This document shows positions 1 through 9,461 of a stretch of 32,000 nucleotides of DNA, piece after piece. The notes beneath the pieces were generated by a model, which made no database searches, was not told the DNA's origin, and was given only the letters and a program-made list of their open reading frames with translations. The stretch comes from Halomicronema hongdechloris C2206 (GTDB lineage: Bacteria; Cyanobacteriota; Cyanobacteriia; Phormidesmidales; Phormidesmidaceae). The DNA lies in the NCBI RefSeq assembly GCF_002075285.3, contig NZ_CP021983.2, positions 3,690,001 to 3,722,000 on the forward strand. Reading direction: 5' to 3'. The position numbers and the translations under genes were made by a program. The stretch's first letter is position 1. Each line of letters opens with the position of its first letter.

Positions 1-470
1 TATACGAAACCATTTCCCGCATCAAGAAAACCACCAAACTCTTATCCCAAGAGCTAGGGCGTAAGCCGACCGAAGAAGAAATCGCCACTCGCATGGAAAT
101 GACCATCGAGAAATTGCGATTCATTGCCAAATCGGCCCAACTCCCCATCTCTCTGGAAACCCCCATCGGTAAAGAAGAAGATTCTCGTCTGGGTGACTTT
201 ATTGAATCTGATGGGGAAACCCCAGAGGATGAAGTCTCCAAGAGTTTGTTACGGGAAGATCTCGAGAGTGTCCTTGGCACTCTCAGCCCTCGGGAGCGCG
301 ATGTTCTACGGCTGCGCTATGGGCTCGATGACGGTCGTATGAAGACGTTGGAAGAAATCGGTCAGATCTTCAACGTGACTCGGGAGCGCATTCGGCAGAT
401 CGAAGCCAAGGCCCTACGCAAGCTACGCCATCCCAACCGTAATAGCATCCTGAAGGAATATATTCGCTAG
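1..470 (+). CDS. rpoD: RNA polymerase sigma-70 family factor, C-terminal part (5' end lies outside the window); looks like a cyanobacterial principal/group 1-2 sigma
   Basis: Frame 3 is open from the window edge. Translation [33 protein letters not shown]... continues into the listed ORF (93..470). Regions 3-4 are present ([62 protein letters not shown]). Confidence 0.9.
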   Translation, partial: YETISRIKKTTKLLSQELGRKPTEEEIATRMEMTIEKLRFIAKSAQLPISLETPIGKEEDSRLGDFIESDGETPEDEVSKSLLREDLESVLGTLSPRERDVLRLRYGLDDGRMKTLEEIGQIFNVTRERIRQIEAKALRKLRHPNRNSILKEYIR

Positions 471-482
471 GCTCAACCGGCC

Positions 483-533
483 CAGGCCAGCCCCAGCCGC
501 AGTGCCCTCGGTAGCGACTTCAGGGCTGGCCTG
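483..533 (+). terminator. Inverted repeat with 11-bp arms (CAGGCCAGCCC / GGGCTGGCCTG) and a 29-nt loop, 13 nt after the sigma factor stop; possible terminator or processing structure
   Basis: Arms at 483-493 and 523-533 are exact reverse complements. No U-tract follows, so it is not a canonical intrinsic terminator. Confidence 0.25.
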
Positions 534-656
534 ACCAAAGATTAAATAGACGTCAATAGTTATGGCCAACTGGTGTGCTAGGGCTTGATCCCTCAAGCTC
601 CTATTCAACCAGGATAAAAAAATGTGCAGTTCAGTAGACAGATAGCCAGCTGTTTT

Positions 657-670
657 GGTACGGTTGTTCT
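657..670 (+). promoter_or_regulatory. LexA operator (cyanobacterial-type LexA box) upstream of lexA
   Basis: GGTACGGTTGTTCT fits RGTACNNNDGTWCB at all 14 positions. It ends 27 nt before the lexA ATG at 698. Confidence 0.6.
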
Positions 671-697
671 GATGGTTATGCGGTATGCATTTCTCCC

Positions 698-1315
698 ATG
701 GAACCCCTCACTGCAGCCCAGCAAGAGCTATACGACTGGTTGGTAGATTACATTCGCCAACATCAGCACTCCCCCTCGATTCGGCAAATGATGCGAGCCA
801 TGGGGCTCAATTCCCCTGCACCGGTTCAGAGTCGTCTTGATCATCTCAAAAGAAAGGGATACATCGACTGGACCGAAGGAAAAGCCCGCACTATCCGTAT
901 CTTACATGCAGCCCGTGGTGTGCCAATCATGGGAACCATTGCCGCGGGTTTTGTCCACGATGTCTTTACAGACATTGTTGAGCGTCTAGACCTATCAGGG
1001 CTTCCCCTAAAACCCAGCGACTACGCCCTGAAAGTGACTGGTGACAGTATGATTGGAGCCCAGATTTGTGACGGTGATATCGTGATCATGCGTCCCGTCT
1101 CCGATCCCCAGTCTGTGCGAGATGGCACTATCGTGGCAGCTCGGGTTGAGAGTGGGACCACACTGAAATCCCTGCATCGTCAAGGGCGTGACGTGCAGCT
1201 CAAGCCTGCAAACCCAGACTATCCAGTGATGAAATTTCCGGCAGAGCAGGTCGATATCCAAGGTCGTCTTATTGGAGTCTGGCGAGGTATCGATGCCTCC
1301 TTGCTGGGAGCTTAA
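698..1315 (+). CDS. lexA: LexA repressor (S24 peptidase)
   Basis: ATG verified at 698. N-terminal winged-helix region (SIRQMMRAMGLNSPAPVQSRLDHLKRKGYI). Ala-Gly cleavage site in GTIAAGF, catalytic Ser in VTGDSM, Lys in TTLKSLHRQG. Confidence 0.9.
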   Translation: MEPLTAAQQELYDWLVDYIRQHQHSPSIRQMMRAMGLNSPAPVQSRLDHLKRKGYIDWTEGKARTIRILHAARGVPIMGTIAAGFVHDVFTDIVERLDLSGLPLKPSDYALKVTGDSMIGAQICDGDIVIMRPVSDPQSVRDGTIVAARVESGTTLKSLHRQGRDVQLKPANPDYPVMKFPAEQVDIQGRLIGVWRGIDASLLGA

Positions 1316-1631
1316 TGCGGCTGAGACTGAACCTTGGGGGTCAATGTCCTCGCCTTACAAATCTTAATCCTCACAAGTTTTAACAATTTCTTGGCCAAGC
1401 ATGGCTTGGTAGGGGAACCTGCGGTAATACACTAACACTTAGCGCTAGCCTCCAAGAGAGTTCGTGGGACGGCCATTAAATGGCCTAATCTTAGTGAACT
1501 TCTCGCGGTACCGCTGGCCTAGAGCACAGGCTGAGATCACTCTAGAATCTCATTCAGACTATTCGAACCGCTGTTAAGGGTAGTCGTATCTGCAGTGCTG
1601 ATATGCCCCTGTACCATCATTCTTGGTCTTG

Positions 1632-3368
1632 ATGAAATTTCGTACGTTTCTTACGGGTCTGCTAGCCATCACCTTGGTGATATTCATAGTAGGCGTGGGT
1701 GGCTTTATTGGATTGACCGCCCAGAGTCCTCTAGGGTTGCTGCGGGGAAGCTCCCAATTACAACCGACAGCTGCTCTCTTTGTGCCCAAACAGGCACCTT
1801 TGATGGTCTCCCTTCTGACCCGGCCAGAACGGTTGACCGATCTATGGCGGCTCTTAGCCAATCCAGGACAACGGAGGCAGGTCAAGGCCGAAATAGCCCG
1901 CTTAGAGACTAGCCTGTTGGCCAATACAGGGCTCTCCTACGAACAAGATATTCGACCTTGGCTAGGCCAAGAAATTACCTTTGCGGTCACCACTGCCGAC
2001 CTAGACCGTAACCCAGACAATAGTCAACAGCCCGGATATCTGTTGGTTTTGAGCAGCGAAAACGGCCGGCAAGCCCGGGAATTTCTGCAGCTATTCTGGC
2101 AAAAACGGGCAGTTGCCGGTGAATCATTAGTATTTGAACAATTCTCAGGCAGCCAGTTAGTCTATGGTCGCCGCGATCCCAGTGATTCCGAGCAGGTTGC
2201 CCTGGCCAGTGCTACGGTAGGCGACCGCTTTGTGCTCTTGGCCAATACCCCAGAGGTCTTGAAACAGTCGCTGACCACAGTCCAAGCCCGAGATCTTAGC
2301 CTCCAGAACGACGGTGATTACCGGCAAGGCTTACAACAATTACCGAATAATCGAATTGGGGTCGTGTTTTCCCATCTACCTCAGGGGTTAGCGTGGTTGG
2401 GCCTCCTGTCAGAACCAGCCGCTGCGCTACCCGCGGCTTTTGAAGGCATGGCCAGTGGTGCGGATCGGGTGCTGATGACAGTACAACTAACTCGCCAAGG
2501 ACTATTGGCCCATACGGCCCTATTGGCAGCAGCTGGGCAGCAGATTATGGCCCAGGCAGCCGTCTCTCCCAAGAGAATGAATGCACTGCAACTTTTGCCT
2601 GCAGATACTCCCTTGGCAGCGGTTTCAGCACAACTGGATCATCTCTGGAGCACCCTATCCCATAGTCTCGAGCGGTACGACTTAGCTGAGGGGGCCATCC
2701 AGTCTTTTCTAAACAATGCGCAGACTAACCTGGGCATAAACAATGTGGCGGAGGTCTTTTTGAACTGGGTAACTGGTGAATACGCGGTAGGGCTTTGGCC
2801 TAGTCAGGAATCGACCAAAACAGACTGGATCTTCATAGCCGAGCATCAATCGGAGACGACTGCTGCCATTGAGGCCTTGGATGCTCTGGCCCGTCAGCAG
2901 GGGTTGAGTGTGGGGCCAGTTCAGTTAGAAGACCAATCAGTGTCTGCCTGGACACGGTTAGCCGTGGAATCTGGGACTGACGTGAGATCACCACAGTTTC
3001 AAGTGAACACTGAGGTAGCTGGACTCCATGCTACTGTGGATGGCTATGAGGTATTGGCCACTTCAGTAGATGCGATGTATGCGGCCCTAAGGACGTCCCG
3101 GCCATCTCTAGCAGACTCAGACCACTGGCAGCAAAGTATCACGCCGTTATCCGAGCCCAGTCAGGGTGTTCTCTACCTAGACTGGCCATCCCTAAAGACA
3201 CCATTACAGAACAGATTTCCAGGCTTACGATTAGGGGCACGACTGGCCCGGCCATTGTCTGATCATCTACAAAGCATTGCTGTCAGCGGCTATGGCTGTA
3301 ATGGTAAAGGTGCTTCTAAGACTCAGTGCTCTGTTTACCGGGGGGATATCTTTGTCCACCTGCATTGA
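1632..3368 (+). CDS. DUF3352-family membrane-anchored protein (conserved cyanobacterial hypothetical)
   Basis: The track ORF starts at a TTG (1623); the first ATG is at 1632 (MKFRTFLTGLLAITLVIFIVGVGGF, an N-terminal TM helix). Motifs FVPKQAPLMVSLL and DIRPWLGQEITFAV match my memory of DUF3352 proteins. Confidence 0.7.
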   Translation: MKFRTFLTGLLAITLVIFIVGVGGFIGLTAQSPLGLLRGSSQLQPTAALFVPKQAPLMVSLLTRPERLTDLWRLLANPGQRRQVKAEIARLETSLLANTGLSYEQDIRPWLGQEITFAVTTADLDRNPDNSQQPGYLLVLSSENGRQAREFLQLFWQKRAVAGESLVFEQFSGSQLVYGRRDPSDSEQVALASATVGDRFVLLANTPEVLKQSLTTVQARDLSLQNDGDYRQGLQQLPNNRIGVVFSHLPQGLAWLGLLSEPAAALPAAFEGMASGADRVLMTVQLTRQGLLAHTALLAAAGQQIMAQAAVSPKRMNALQLLPADTPLAAVSAQLDHLWSTLSHSLERYDLAEGAIQSFLNNAQTNLGINNVAEVFLNWVTGEYAVGLWPSQESTKTDWIFIAEHQSETTAAIEALDALARQQGLSVGPVQLEDQSVSAWTRLAVESGTDVRSPQFQVNTEVAGLHATVDGYEVLATSVDAMYAALRTSRPSLADSDHWQQSITPLSEPSQGVLYLDWPSLKTPLQNRFPGLRLGARLARPLSDHLQSIAVSGYGCNGKGASKTQCSVYRGDIFVHLH

Positions 3369-3413
3369 GATCTTGGCTGCCGATTCGAAGCACAGTACAT
3401 GCAATAAGTAACT

Positions 3414-4463
3414 ATGGATCAGCCCTCGTCTATCCTCACCCGTTGGCTAGCGGGCGCCTCCCCTACTGATGCTGACTGGCAGGCATTGATGGCTACGGAA
3501 TTGGCTGACCAGCGCCGAGCCAATGCCTGGGGAATTCGAGACGATACGGTTCGTTCAGCACTGCGGCGGCGGTGGCACTTATTACAGCAACTAGCCCTTG
3601 AACATAGGCAAATTCCAGTTCCCCATGGCTCCCTGACTGATCTATTGCCTTGGCTCTGGTTCCTGTGGTTACCATTGACCCTGTGGTTGGTGGAGGCTAG
3701 GCAGCGACTGAACCGTCCTTTGATTCAAGGGATCTTGGGCGGACAGGGCAGTGGCAAAACGACTCTAACGCGAGTCTTGCAGCAGCTGTTAACGCTAGTG
3801 GGGCAACATGGGGTCACCCTATCTATAGATGATTTATACAAAACCTATGCTGACCGTCAGATTTTGCGCCAACAGGATCCCCGGCTGATTTGGCGTGGTC
3901 CCCCAGGCACTCATGATATTGAGTTAGGGCTGCGAACATTGCAGCAGTTGCGTCAGGCACCTCCAGATGCAGCGATTCCCATCCCACGGTTTGATAAATC
4001 GGCCCATGGAGGTGAAGGCGATCGCATCTCTCCGGAATGGGTGAGTCAGGTGGATATCGTGCTCTTTGAAGGCTGGTTTGTGGGAGCGCGTCCCGTTGAC
4101 CCAGCCCAGATTGCCACAGCCCCTTGGCCTATTGAGACAGAGGCTGATCGTCAATTTGCCGCGGATATGAACCAACGCCTGAGGGATTACTTACCGCTTT
4201 GGGAGCAGTTGGATCAGTTAATGGTGCTCTATCCAGAAGATTATCGCCTTAGCCAGCAGTGGCGTCGCCAAGCAGAACAAGCCATGAAGGCGGATGGTAA
4301 ATCAGGGATGGCAGATGACACCGTTGACCAGTTCGTAGAGTACTTTTGGCGGGCGTTGCATCCGGCCCTGTTTATCGAGCCGCTATGTCATCGTCGGGAG
4401 TGGGTCGATTTAGTGGTTGAAATTCGTGCGGATCGAACTTTGAAGGCAGTGTATGCTCCCTAG
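3414..4463 (+). CDS. glyK: D-glycerate 3-kinase, plant/cyanobacterial GLYK type (P-loop kinase; photorespiratory pathway)
   Basis: ATG at 3414. Walker A GGQGSGKTT, then LSIDDLYKTY, WRGPPGTHD and IPRFDKSAHGGEGDR, which resemble GLYK signature segments. Confidence 0.7.
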   Translation: MDQPSSILTRWLAGASPTDADWQALMATELADQRRANAWGIRDDTVRSALRRRWHLLQQLALEHRQIPVPHGSLTDLLPWLWFLWLPLTLWLVEARQRLNRPLIQGILGGQGSGKTTLTRVLQQLLTLVGQHGVTLSIDDLYKTYADRQILRQQDPRLIWRGPPGTHDIELGLRTLQQLRQAPPDAAIPIPRFDKSAHGGEGDRISPEWVSQVDIVLFEGWFVGARPVDPAQIATAPWPIETEADRQFAADMNQRLRDYLPLWEQLDQLMVLYPEDYRLSQQWRRQAEQAMKADGKSGMADDTVDQFVEYFWRALHPALFIEPLCHRREWVDLVVEIRADRTLKAVYAP

Positions 4464-4612
4464 AGGGAAGGAATAATGTCCCTTTGATAGGCTGGAAATG
4501 ACCTGGTGGAACTGGCAATGGCAATGTTAACTAGGTTTCTCTGAATCGATGGCTCCAGAGGTCGGACTGGACGTAGACATTCTTCTTTAATTTTTGCAGT
4601 GGTGAGTTCAGT

Positions 4613-4942
4613 ATGAGTTCAACGGTAAGTGTCCTGCAACCCAGTGGCATTTTAGACAGTACCAAAGTCGAATCGTTTCGACAGCAGGTAGAGGAAGCCT
4701 TAGCAGCCGGGGCAGACATTGTTCTGGTAGATCTGCAAGATATATCCTTTATCGATAGTTCTGGGTTAGGGGCCTTGGTAGTGGTCTTAAAGAAGGTGCG
4801 AGCCGTAGATCGGCGTATGTACATCTGTTCGGTCAATGACCAAGTGCGTATGTTGTTTGAATTGACCAGTATGGACCAGGTATTTAGTGTATTGGCCGAT
4901 CGGGCCGAGTTTGAGGCTAAGGTCCTCAATGCGGCCGAGTAG
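4613..4942 (+). CDS. STAS-domain anti-sigma-factor antagonist (SpoIIAA/RsbV-like)
   Basis: 109 aa, ATG at 4613. The conserved phosphorylatable-serine motif FIDSSGLGALV is present. Confidence 0.85.
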   Translation: MSSTVSVLQPSGILDSTKVESFRQQVEEALAAGADIVLVDLQDISFIDSSGLGALVVVLKKVRAVDRRMYICSVNDQVRMLFELTSMDQVFSVLADRAEFEAKVLNAAE

Positions 4943-4961
4943 GTTGGCCTCTTCTGTTGGC

Positions 4962-6089
4962 CTAGTCTAAGTTGAGCATGAGTAACGAGAGATCATCGGC
5001 AAGAGGGGCGCGATCTTTCTGCTGTCGCACGGCTGTGATGATGTCATCAATGTTCTGGTGCCTTGGTGTTGTAGCCAGGAGATCGATAAAGGTGGACAAT
5101 CCGGTCGCTTGCGTATCTTCTGCGGTTTCATAGATGCCGTCACTGAACAGGTAGAGGGCGCTGTGGGGGGGAATCACGCAGCGCTTCCACTGGTAAGAGG
5201 TATCTGGCAGCATGCCGATGGGTAGGCCGGGGGTGCGTAGTTGGTCGATCTGAGGGCCTTTTTCAGTAATCGATATCAGAATCGCCGGCGGGTGACCAGC
5301 ACTGGCGTAGAGCAGTTGGCGGTTGGCTTGGTTGTAAACGCCATACCAGATAGTGAAGTACTTCTCGTTTTGATCGCTCATCTGGAAGGTTTCGTTTAGG
5401 GCCTGTAAAACTTTCTCGGGGCGATAGAAGTTGACGTCGGGTAACGATTGCGATCGCAACACGTTGAGCACCGACGTCGACAACAGAGCCGAGCCCAAAC
5501 CGTGGCCTGAGACATCCAGCAGATAGACCACCAGGTAATCTGGATCTAGCCAATAATAGTCATAGCAATCACCTCCCAGCTGTCGAGACGGCAGAAAGCG
5601 AGCCTGAATCGGTAGCTTTGTGGTTTGATCGGGAGGCAGTAGCGATCGCACATAGGTTTCAGCTTCAGCCAATTCTGCTTCCAATTGTTGCTTCTGCTGC
5701 TGTAGATCTCGCGTCAGGTGATGCAATCGCAACCCAGCCCGCACCCGTGCCTTTAACTCATTGATATCGACGGGTTTTGTCAGCAAATCATCCGCCCCCA
5801 TCTCTAGGCCCTTAATCCGGTCGGTAATGCTATCACGGCCGGTCAACATCAATAGAAAGGTGGTCGAGAGGAGCGGGTCTTCCTTGATTACCCGACAGAC
5901 CGTAATGCCGTCGATCTCACCGGGTAGCCTCCAATTACAAACGATCAGGGCTGGCTGTAATTGTTGCGCCTGGGTCACCCCATCGTGACCAGTCGTCGCC
6001 ACAGAAACCTCATAGTCAAGATTTCTGAGCACGTGGCTGATCAACTGTTGGGTGACGCTATCGCCGTCAATAATCAGAATTCGAGGCAT
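4962..6089 (-). CDS. Receiver domain fused to a PP2C/SpoIIE-type serine phosphatase (RsbU/RsbP-like); the receiver lacks the phospho-acceptor Asp
   Basis: ATG at 6089. N-terminal CheY-like fold (ILIIDGDS ... LIVCNWRLPGEIDG ... MLTG ... LLTKP). C-terminal PP2C motifs (GGDCYDY, LLDVSGHG, SAGHPP, LFSDGI). Confidence 0.85.
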   Translation of the reverse strand: MPRILIIDGDSVTQQLISHVLRNLDYEVSVATTGHDGVTQAQQLQPALIVCNWRLPGEIDGITVCRVIKEDPLLSTTFLLMLTGRDSITDRIKGLEMGADDLLTKPVDINELKARVRAGLRLHHLTRDLQQQKQQLEAELAEAETYVRSLLPPDQTTKLPIQARFLPSRQLGGDCYDYYWLDPDYLVVYLLDVSGHGLGSALLSTSVLNVLRSQSLPDVNFYRPEKVLQALNETFQMSDQNEKYFTIWYGVYNQANRQLLYASAGHPPAILISITEKGPQIDQLRTPGLPIGMLPDTSYQWKRCVIPPHSALYLFSDGIYETAEDTQATGLSTFIDLLATTPRHQNIDDIITAVRQQKDRAPLADDLSLLMLNLD

Positions 6090-6090
6090 A

Positions 6091-7503
6091 CTACAATCCC
6101 ATCACCGCTCGATATTGAGCCTCTAGGGCAGGCTCGACCGTCGCGACTGGCCTGATCAAAGCAGGAGCCTGGTCTCGCAACGCCTGATGTAATGTGGTTA
6201 AGTCGATGGTGGTTAACTGCCCCTGGGCAATCACTTGGCGGCCGCTGACCCAAGCACTGTGGACTACCTGGCTGGGGCGTCCCCTCACTAGCAGCCCTAA
6301 GGGATCTGTGTGAGGAAGCAGGGACGCTTGATTCAAGTCGTACAGCACCAGATCGGCCTGCTTACCTACCGCCAATGTACCCAGCTGGTCCGCCATCGCT
6401 AATCCCTTAGCCCCTCCCAAGGCTGCCATGTCAATTGCATTGTAAGGGGTGAGCCAGTGACGGTACTCAAAGGTTGTCGTGTTGTGCAGCAATGCTCCCA
6501 GCTTAACCGCCTCTAGCAAGTCCTGGCCATCGTTACTACAGGCCCCATCGCAGCCAATGGCCACATTCACCCCTGCTTGTCGGTAGGCCAGAATCGGAGC
6601 GATGCCACTGCCTAGGCGCAAGTTACTCAGGGGATTATGAACTACCGTAGACTGAGTTCTAGCCAGAATAGACCAGTCGTCCTCCTGCAGCCAAACTCCA
6701 TGGGCTAGAGACGTTTGGGCTCCCAGGAACCCAAGCTCATTGAGGTGGGCAACGGCACTACCACCATATTTCTCTTGGGCCAGTAGGGATTGAGCCTTGG
6801 TTTCTAGCAGATGGGTATGGCGTCGCAGCTGGTGCCGTTCACTGAGGGCACAACAGCCCTCGAAGAGAGCATCCGATACCTGTTGAAAGCCCGTAGGCGC
6901 CACCATGATATAGATACCTTCCGCGGGGCAATGGAATTGGTCAACCGCAGCCTGTAAGAGTGCCAAGACAGCCTTAGTATCCATCACCTCCCCTGGAGCC
7001 GAGACCCCTGTGCCGCCGGGAACCCCCTCCTTAAACGGGCGATCTTGTACTAATGGTCCCACAAAGGCGCGAATGCCGGTCTCCCGATAGGCTCTCACTG
7101 CCGCGGCAATGGTTTCTAACTCTTGTCCTGGCGTCAAGATCAGGTGATCCACCACCGTCGTTCCCCCTGATAACAGGGTCTCTGCAGCCGTCCACAACGC
7201 ACTCAAGTAAACTTGCTCGGGGGTTAAGGGCGGCAGTTGGTAGAGGATATTGAGCCAGAGTTCCAAAGGCAAAGGCGGAATCAGGCCCCGATACCACATT
7301 TCTGGGGAATGGGTATGGGCGTTGACTAACCCAGGCAGCCCTAATTTACCAGTGCCATCGATCCAAGTCGCGGCGGTAGGAATGTGCTTTCCCAAGGCCA
7401 TAATTCGTCCCTGGGCCATGGTTAGATCGGTGGTCTCGTATCCTCTGGGAGTCGGCAGAATCAGATTTCGAATGGCGATTGGGGAAGGAAAGTGATCCGT
7501 CAC
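6091..7503 (-). CDS. Metal-dependent amidohydrolase (TRZ/ATZ or nucleobase-deaminase-like family); substrate unknown
   Basis: HxH motif in VNAHTHSPE, later HLLETK, VVHNPLSNLRLGSG and AIGCDGACSNDGQD. The start codon at 7503 is GTG; the domain begins before the first internal ATG, so GTG is plausible. Confidence 0.8.
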   Translation of the reverse strand: MTDHFPSPIAIRNLILPTPRGYETTDLTMAQGRIMALGKHIPTAATWIDGTGKLGLPGLVNAHTHSPEMWYRGLIPPLPLELWLNILYQLPPLTPEQVYLSALWTAAETLLSGGTTVVDHLILTPGQELETIAAAVRAYRETGIRAFVGPLVQDRPFKEGVPGGTGVSAPGEVMDTKAVLALLQAAVDQFHCPAEGIYIMVAPTGFQQVSDALFEGCCALSERHQLRRHTHLLETKAQSLLAQEKYGGSAVAHLNELGFLGAQTSLAHGVWLQEDDWSILARTQSTVVHNPLSNLRLGSGIAPILAYRQAGVNVAIGCDGACSNDGQDLLEAVKLGALLHNTTTFEYRHWLTPYNAIDMAALGGAKGLAMADQLGTLAVGKQADLVLYDLNQASLLPHTDPLGLLVRGRPSQVVHSAWVSGRQVIAQGQLTTIDLTTLHQALRDQAPALIRPVATVEPALEAQYRAVMGL

Positions 7504-7778
7504 GAGGCAAGGTCCTAACTGTGCACCCTGATTTACTCAGGGTAGCGCTTCGATGAGTCTGAGGGTGACCACTCTCTGGGATCGCCTTCGGCATAGGCAG
7601 GCTGTCTTCCCAGAGGGCGGGGGCGAGTCTAGGCATTGGCCTGAGGTCAACCTACTGGATAGGAGAGAGCTTTGAGATGCCCTGCTCGATGGCGACTAGC
7701 CCGTCGCAGCCAGGGGCTTAGGCCAAGAGAGGGTGAGACAATACCTGCAATCCGTGCCTGCAATAGTAATGTCAACCC

Positions 7779-9461
7779 ATGACCGCTGACAGATACCAGA
7801 CTGCTGCTCCGATCACGATGTCCTTACAGACCTCCGACGGGTGTCGCCTCGATGCGGATGTTTATTATCCGCTGGCAGCAGGTCCCTTCCCGGTCTTGTT
7901 GATGCGACAACCCTATGGCCGCGCCATTGCCTCTACGGTGGTCTATGGCCATCCCAGCTGGTACGCCGGCCATGGCTATATCGTGGTGATTCAAGATGTG
8001 CGGGGCCGGGGGACATCAACTGGTGACTTCCGCCTCTTTGCCCACGAAGGTCGGGATGGTCTGGAGACGGTAGAGTGGGCGGCTAATTTGCCCCAGAGCA
8101 ATGGCCGCGTCGGCATGTATGGATTTTCCTACCAGGGCATGACTCAACTCTATGCGGCGGCAGCTCGCCCCCCGGCCTTGAAGGCATTGGCTCCAGCGAT
8201 GGTTGGCTATGACTTATATCGCGACTGGGCCTATGAAAATGGGGCGTTATTGTTGCAAGTGGGGTTGAGTTGGGCCCTGCAACTAGCGGCTGACACTGCT
8301 CGCTTACAGGGCAGGGAAGCTGACTATCAGCGGCTCTATGCGGCGGCCCATGATCTGCCTCTGACTAAGGCTAGGCCCGCCTGTCCCCAAGTGTTGGCGG
8401 AGTTGGCTCCAGAGTCATTCTTCCATGAGTGGCTGGCCCATCGCCAACGGGATGATTACTGGCAAGCACTACAGCCGCATCTCAAGGATGTTGATCTCCC
8501 CATGCTCCACGTGGGGGGATGGTTTGATCCCTATCTGCGGGGAAATCTGCGGCTATACCGAGAGATGGTGGCCCGCAGTGGCCATCTCCAGCACCTCTGG
8601 ATTGGTCCCTGGGGCCATATCCCTTGGAGCCGTCGGGTCGGGGCCCTCGACTTGGGCCCGGCGGCGGAGAGTCCCATCGACCGGCTGCAGTTGCGTTGGT
8701 TCGATCACTGGCTGAAGGGAGAGGATAGTGGGCTGCTGCAGGACTCACCGGTGAACCTATTTGAAATGGGGAGTAATCGCTGGCGAGGCTGCCAAGGTTG
8801 GCCTCTGGCCCGGGAGCGGCAGTACCGTTGGGTTAGTACGGGGCTAGCCAGTGTGCGGCAAGACGATGGCCAGTTGCGATGGTCAAAGACCGGCCCTGCA
8901 GGGCCATCGCACGTTCCTGACCATGGGGAAGTCCCCCCACTAGCAGAAGACATTTTGGTCCATGATCCTTGGCGACCGGTTCCGTCTCTGGGCGGCCATG
9001 CCAGCGTCCCCGCCGGTCCCTTCGATCGAGCCGTCATTGACTGCCGCAGTGATGTGTTAACTTACACCACCGAGCCCCTGCTAGAGGCGATGCAGCTGCT
9101 GGGCCAGGGCAGGCTCAAGGTCACCTGTGCCGCCGATGCCCCCAGCTTTGACCTCTGTGCCGTGGTCTCTCAAGTCTATCCCGATAGTCGAGTGATGCAT
9201 CTAACCCAGGGCTATGGCCGTTTCGAGACATCTCAGCGGCAGGTTAGGGAGTTGCCGTTACACCCCGTCTCTGTGTCTATCCCAGCCGGTCATGCCCTGC
9301 GGCTGAGTCTCAGTGCCGCCTGTTTCCCAGCCTACGCGGTGAATCCTGGCACGGGGACGGCACCAGGACAGGCTCGGCCGCTGGAAGCCCGAGTGATTAC
9401 GGTCACCGTCTGGGGAGGAGAGGCGTCTGCACTATGCCTGCCAATCGGCGGTGAAGCTTAA
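7779..9461 (+). CDS. CocE/NonD family hydrolase (alpha/beta hydrolase, X-Pro dipeptidyl-peptidase S15-like)
   Basis: ATG at 7779, 560 aa. N-terminal LDADVYYP...[11 protein letters not shown] and nucleophile-elbow-like GMYGFSYQG are typical of this family as I recall it. Confidence 0.75.
   Translation: MTADRYQTAAPITMSLQTSDGCRLDADVYYPLAAGPFPVLLMRQPYGRAIASTVVYGHPSWYAGHGYIVVIQDVRGRGTSTGDFRLFAHEGRDGLETVEWAANLPQSNGRVGMYGFSYQGMTQLYAAAARPPALKALAPAMVGYDLYRDWAYENGALLLQVGLSWALQLAADTARLQGREADYQRLYAAAHDLPLTKARPACPQVLAELAPESFFHEWLAHRQRDDYWQALQPHLKDVDLPMLHVGGWFDPYLRGNLRLYREMVARSGHLQHLWIGPWGHIPWSRRVGALDLGPAAESPIDRLQLRWFDHWLKGEDSGLLQDSPVNLFEMGSNRWRGCQGWPLARERQYRWVSTGLASVRQDDGQLRWSKTGPAGPSHVPDHGEVPPLAEDILVHDPWRPVPSLGGHASVPAGPFDRAVIDCRSDVLTYTTEPLLEAMQLLGQGRLKVTCAADAPSFDLCAVVSQVYPDSRVMHLTQGYGRFETSQRQVRELPLHPVSVSIPAGHALRLSLSAACFPAYAVNPGTGTAPGQARPLEARVITVTVWGGEASALCLPIGGEA

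Noticed and set aside
1611-1622. GTACCATCATTC just upstream of the DUF3352 gene as a possible LexA site
   Set aside because: The flanking R position is T and the right half is ATTC rather than GTWC. It also overlaps the likely ribosome-binding region. Probably chance.
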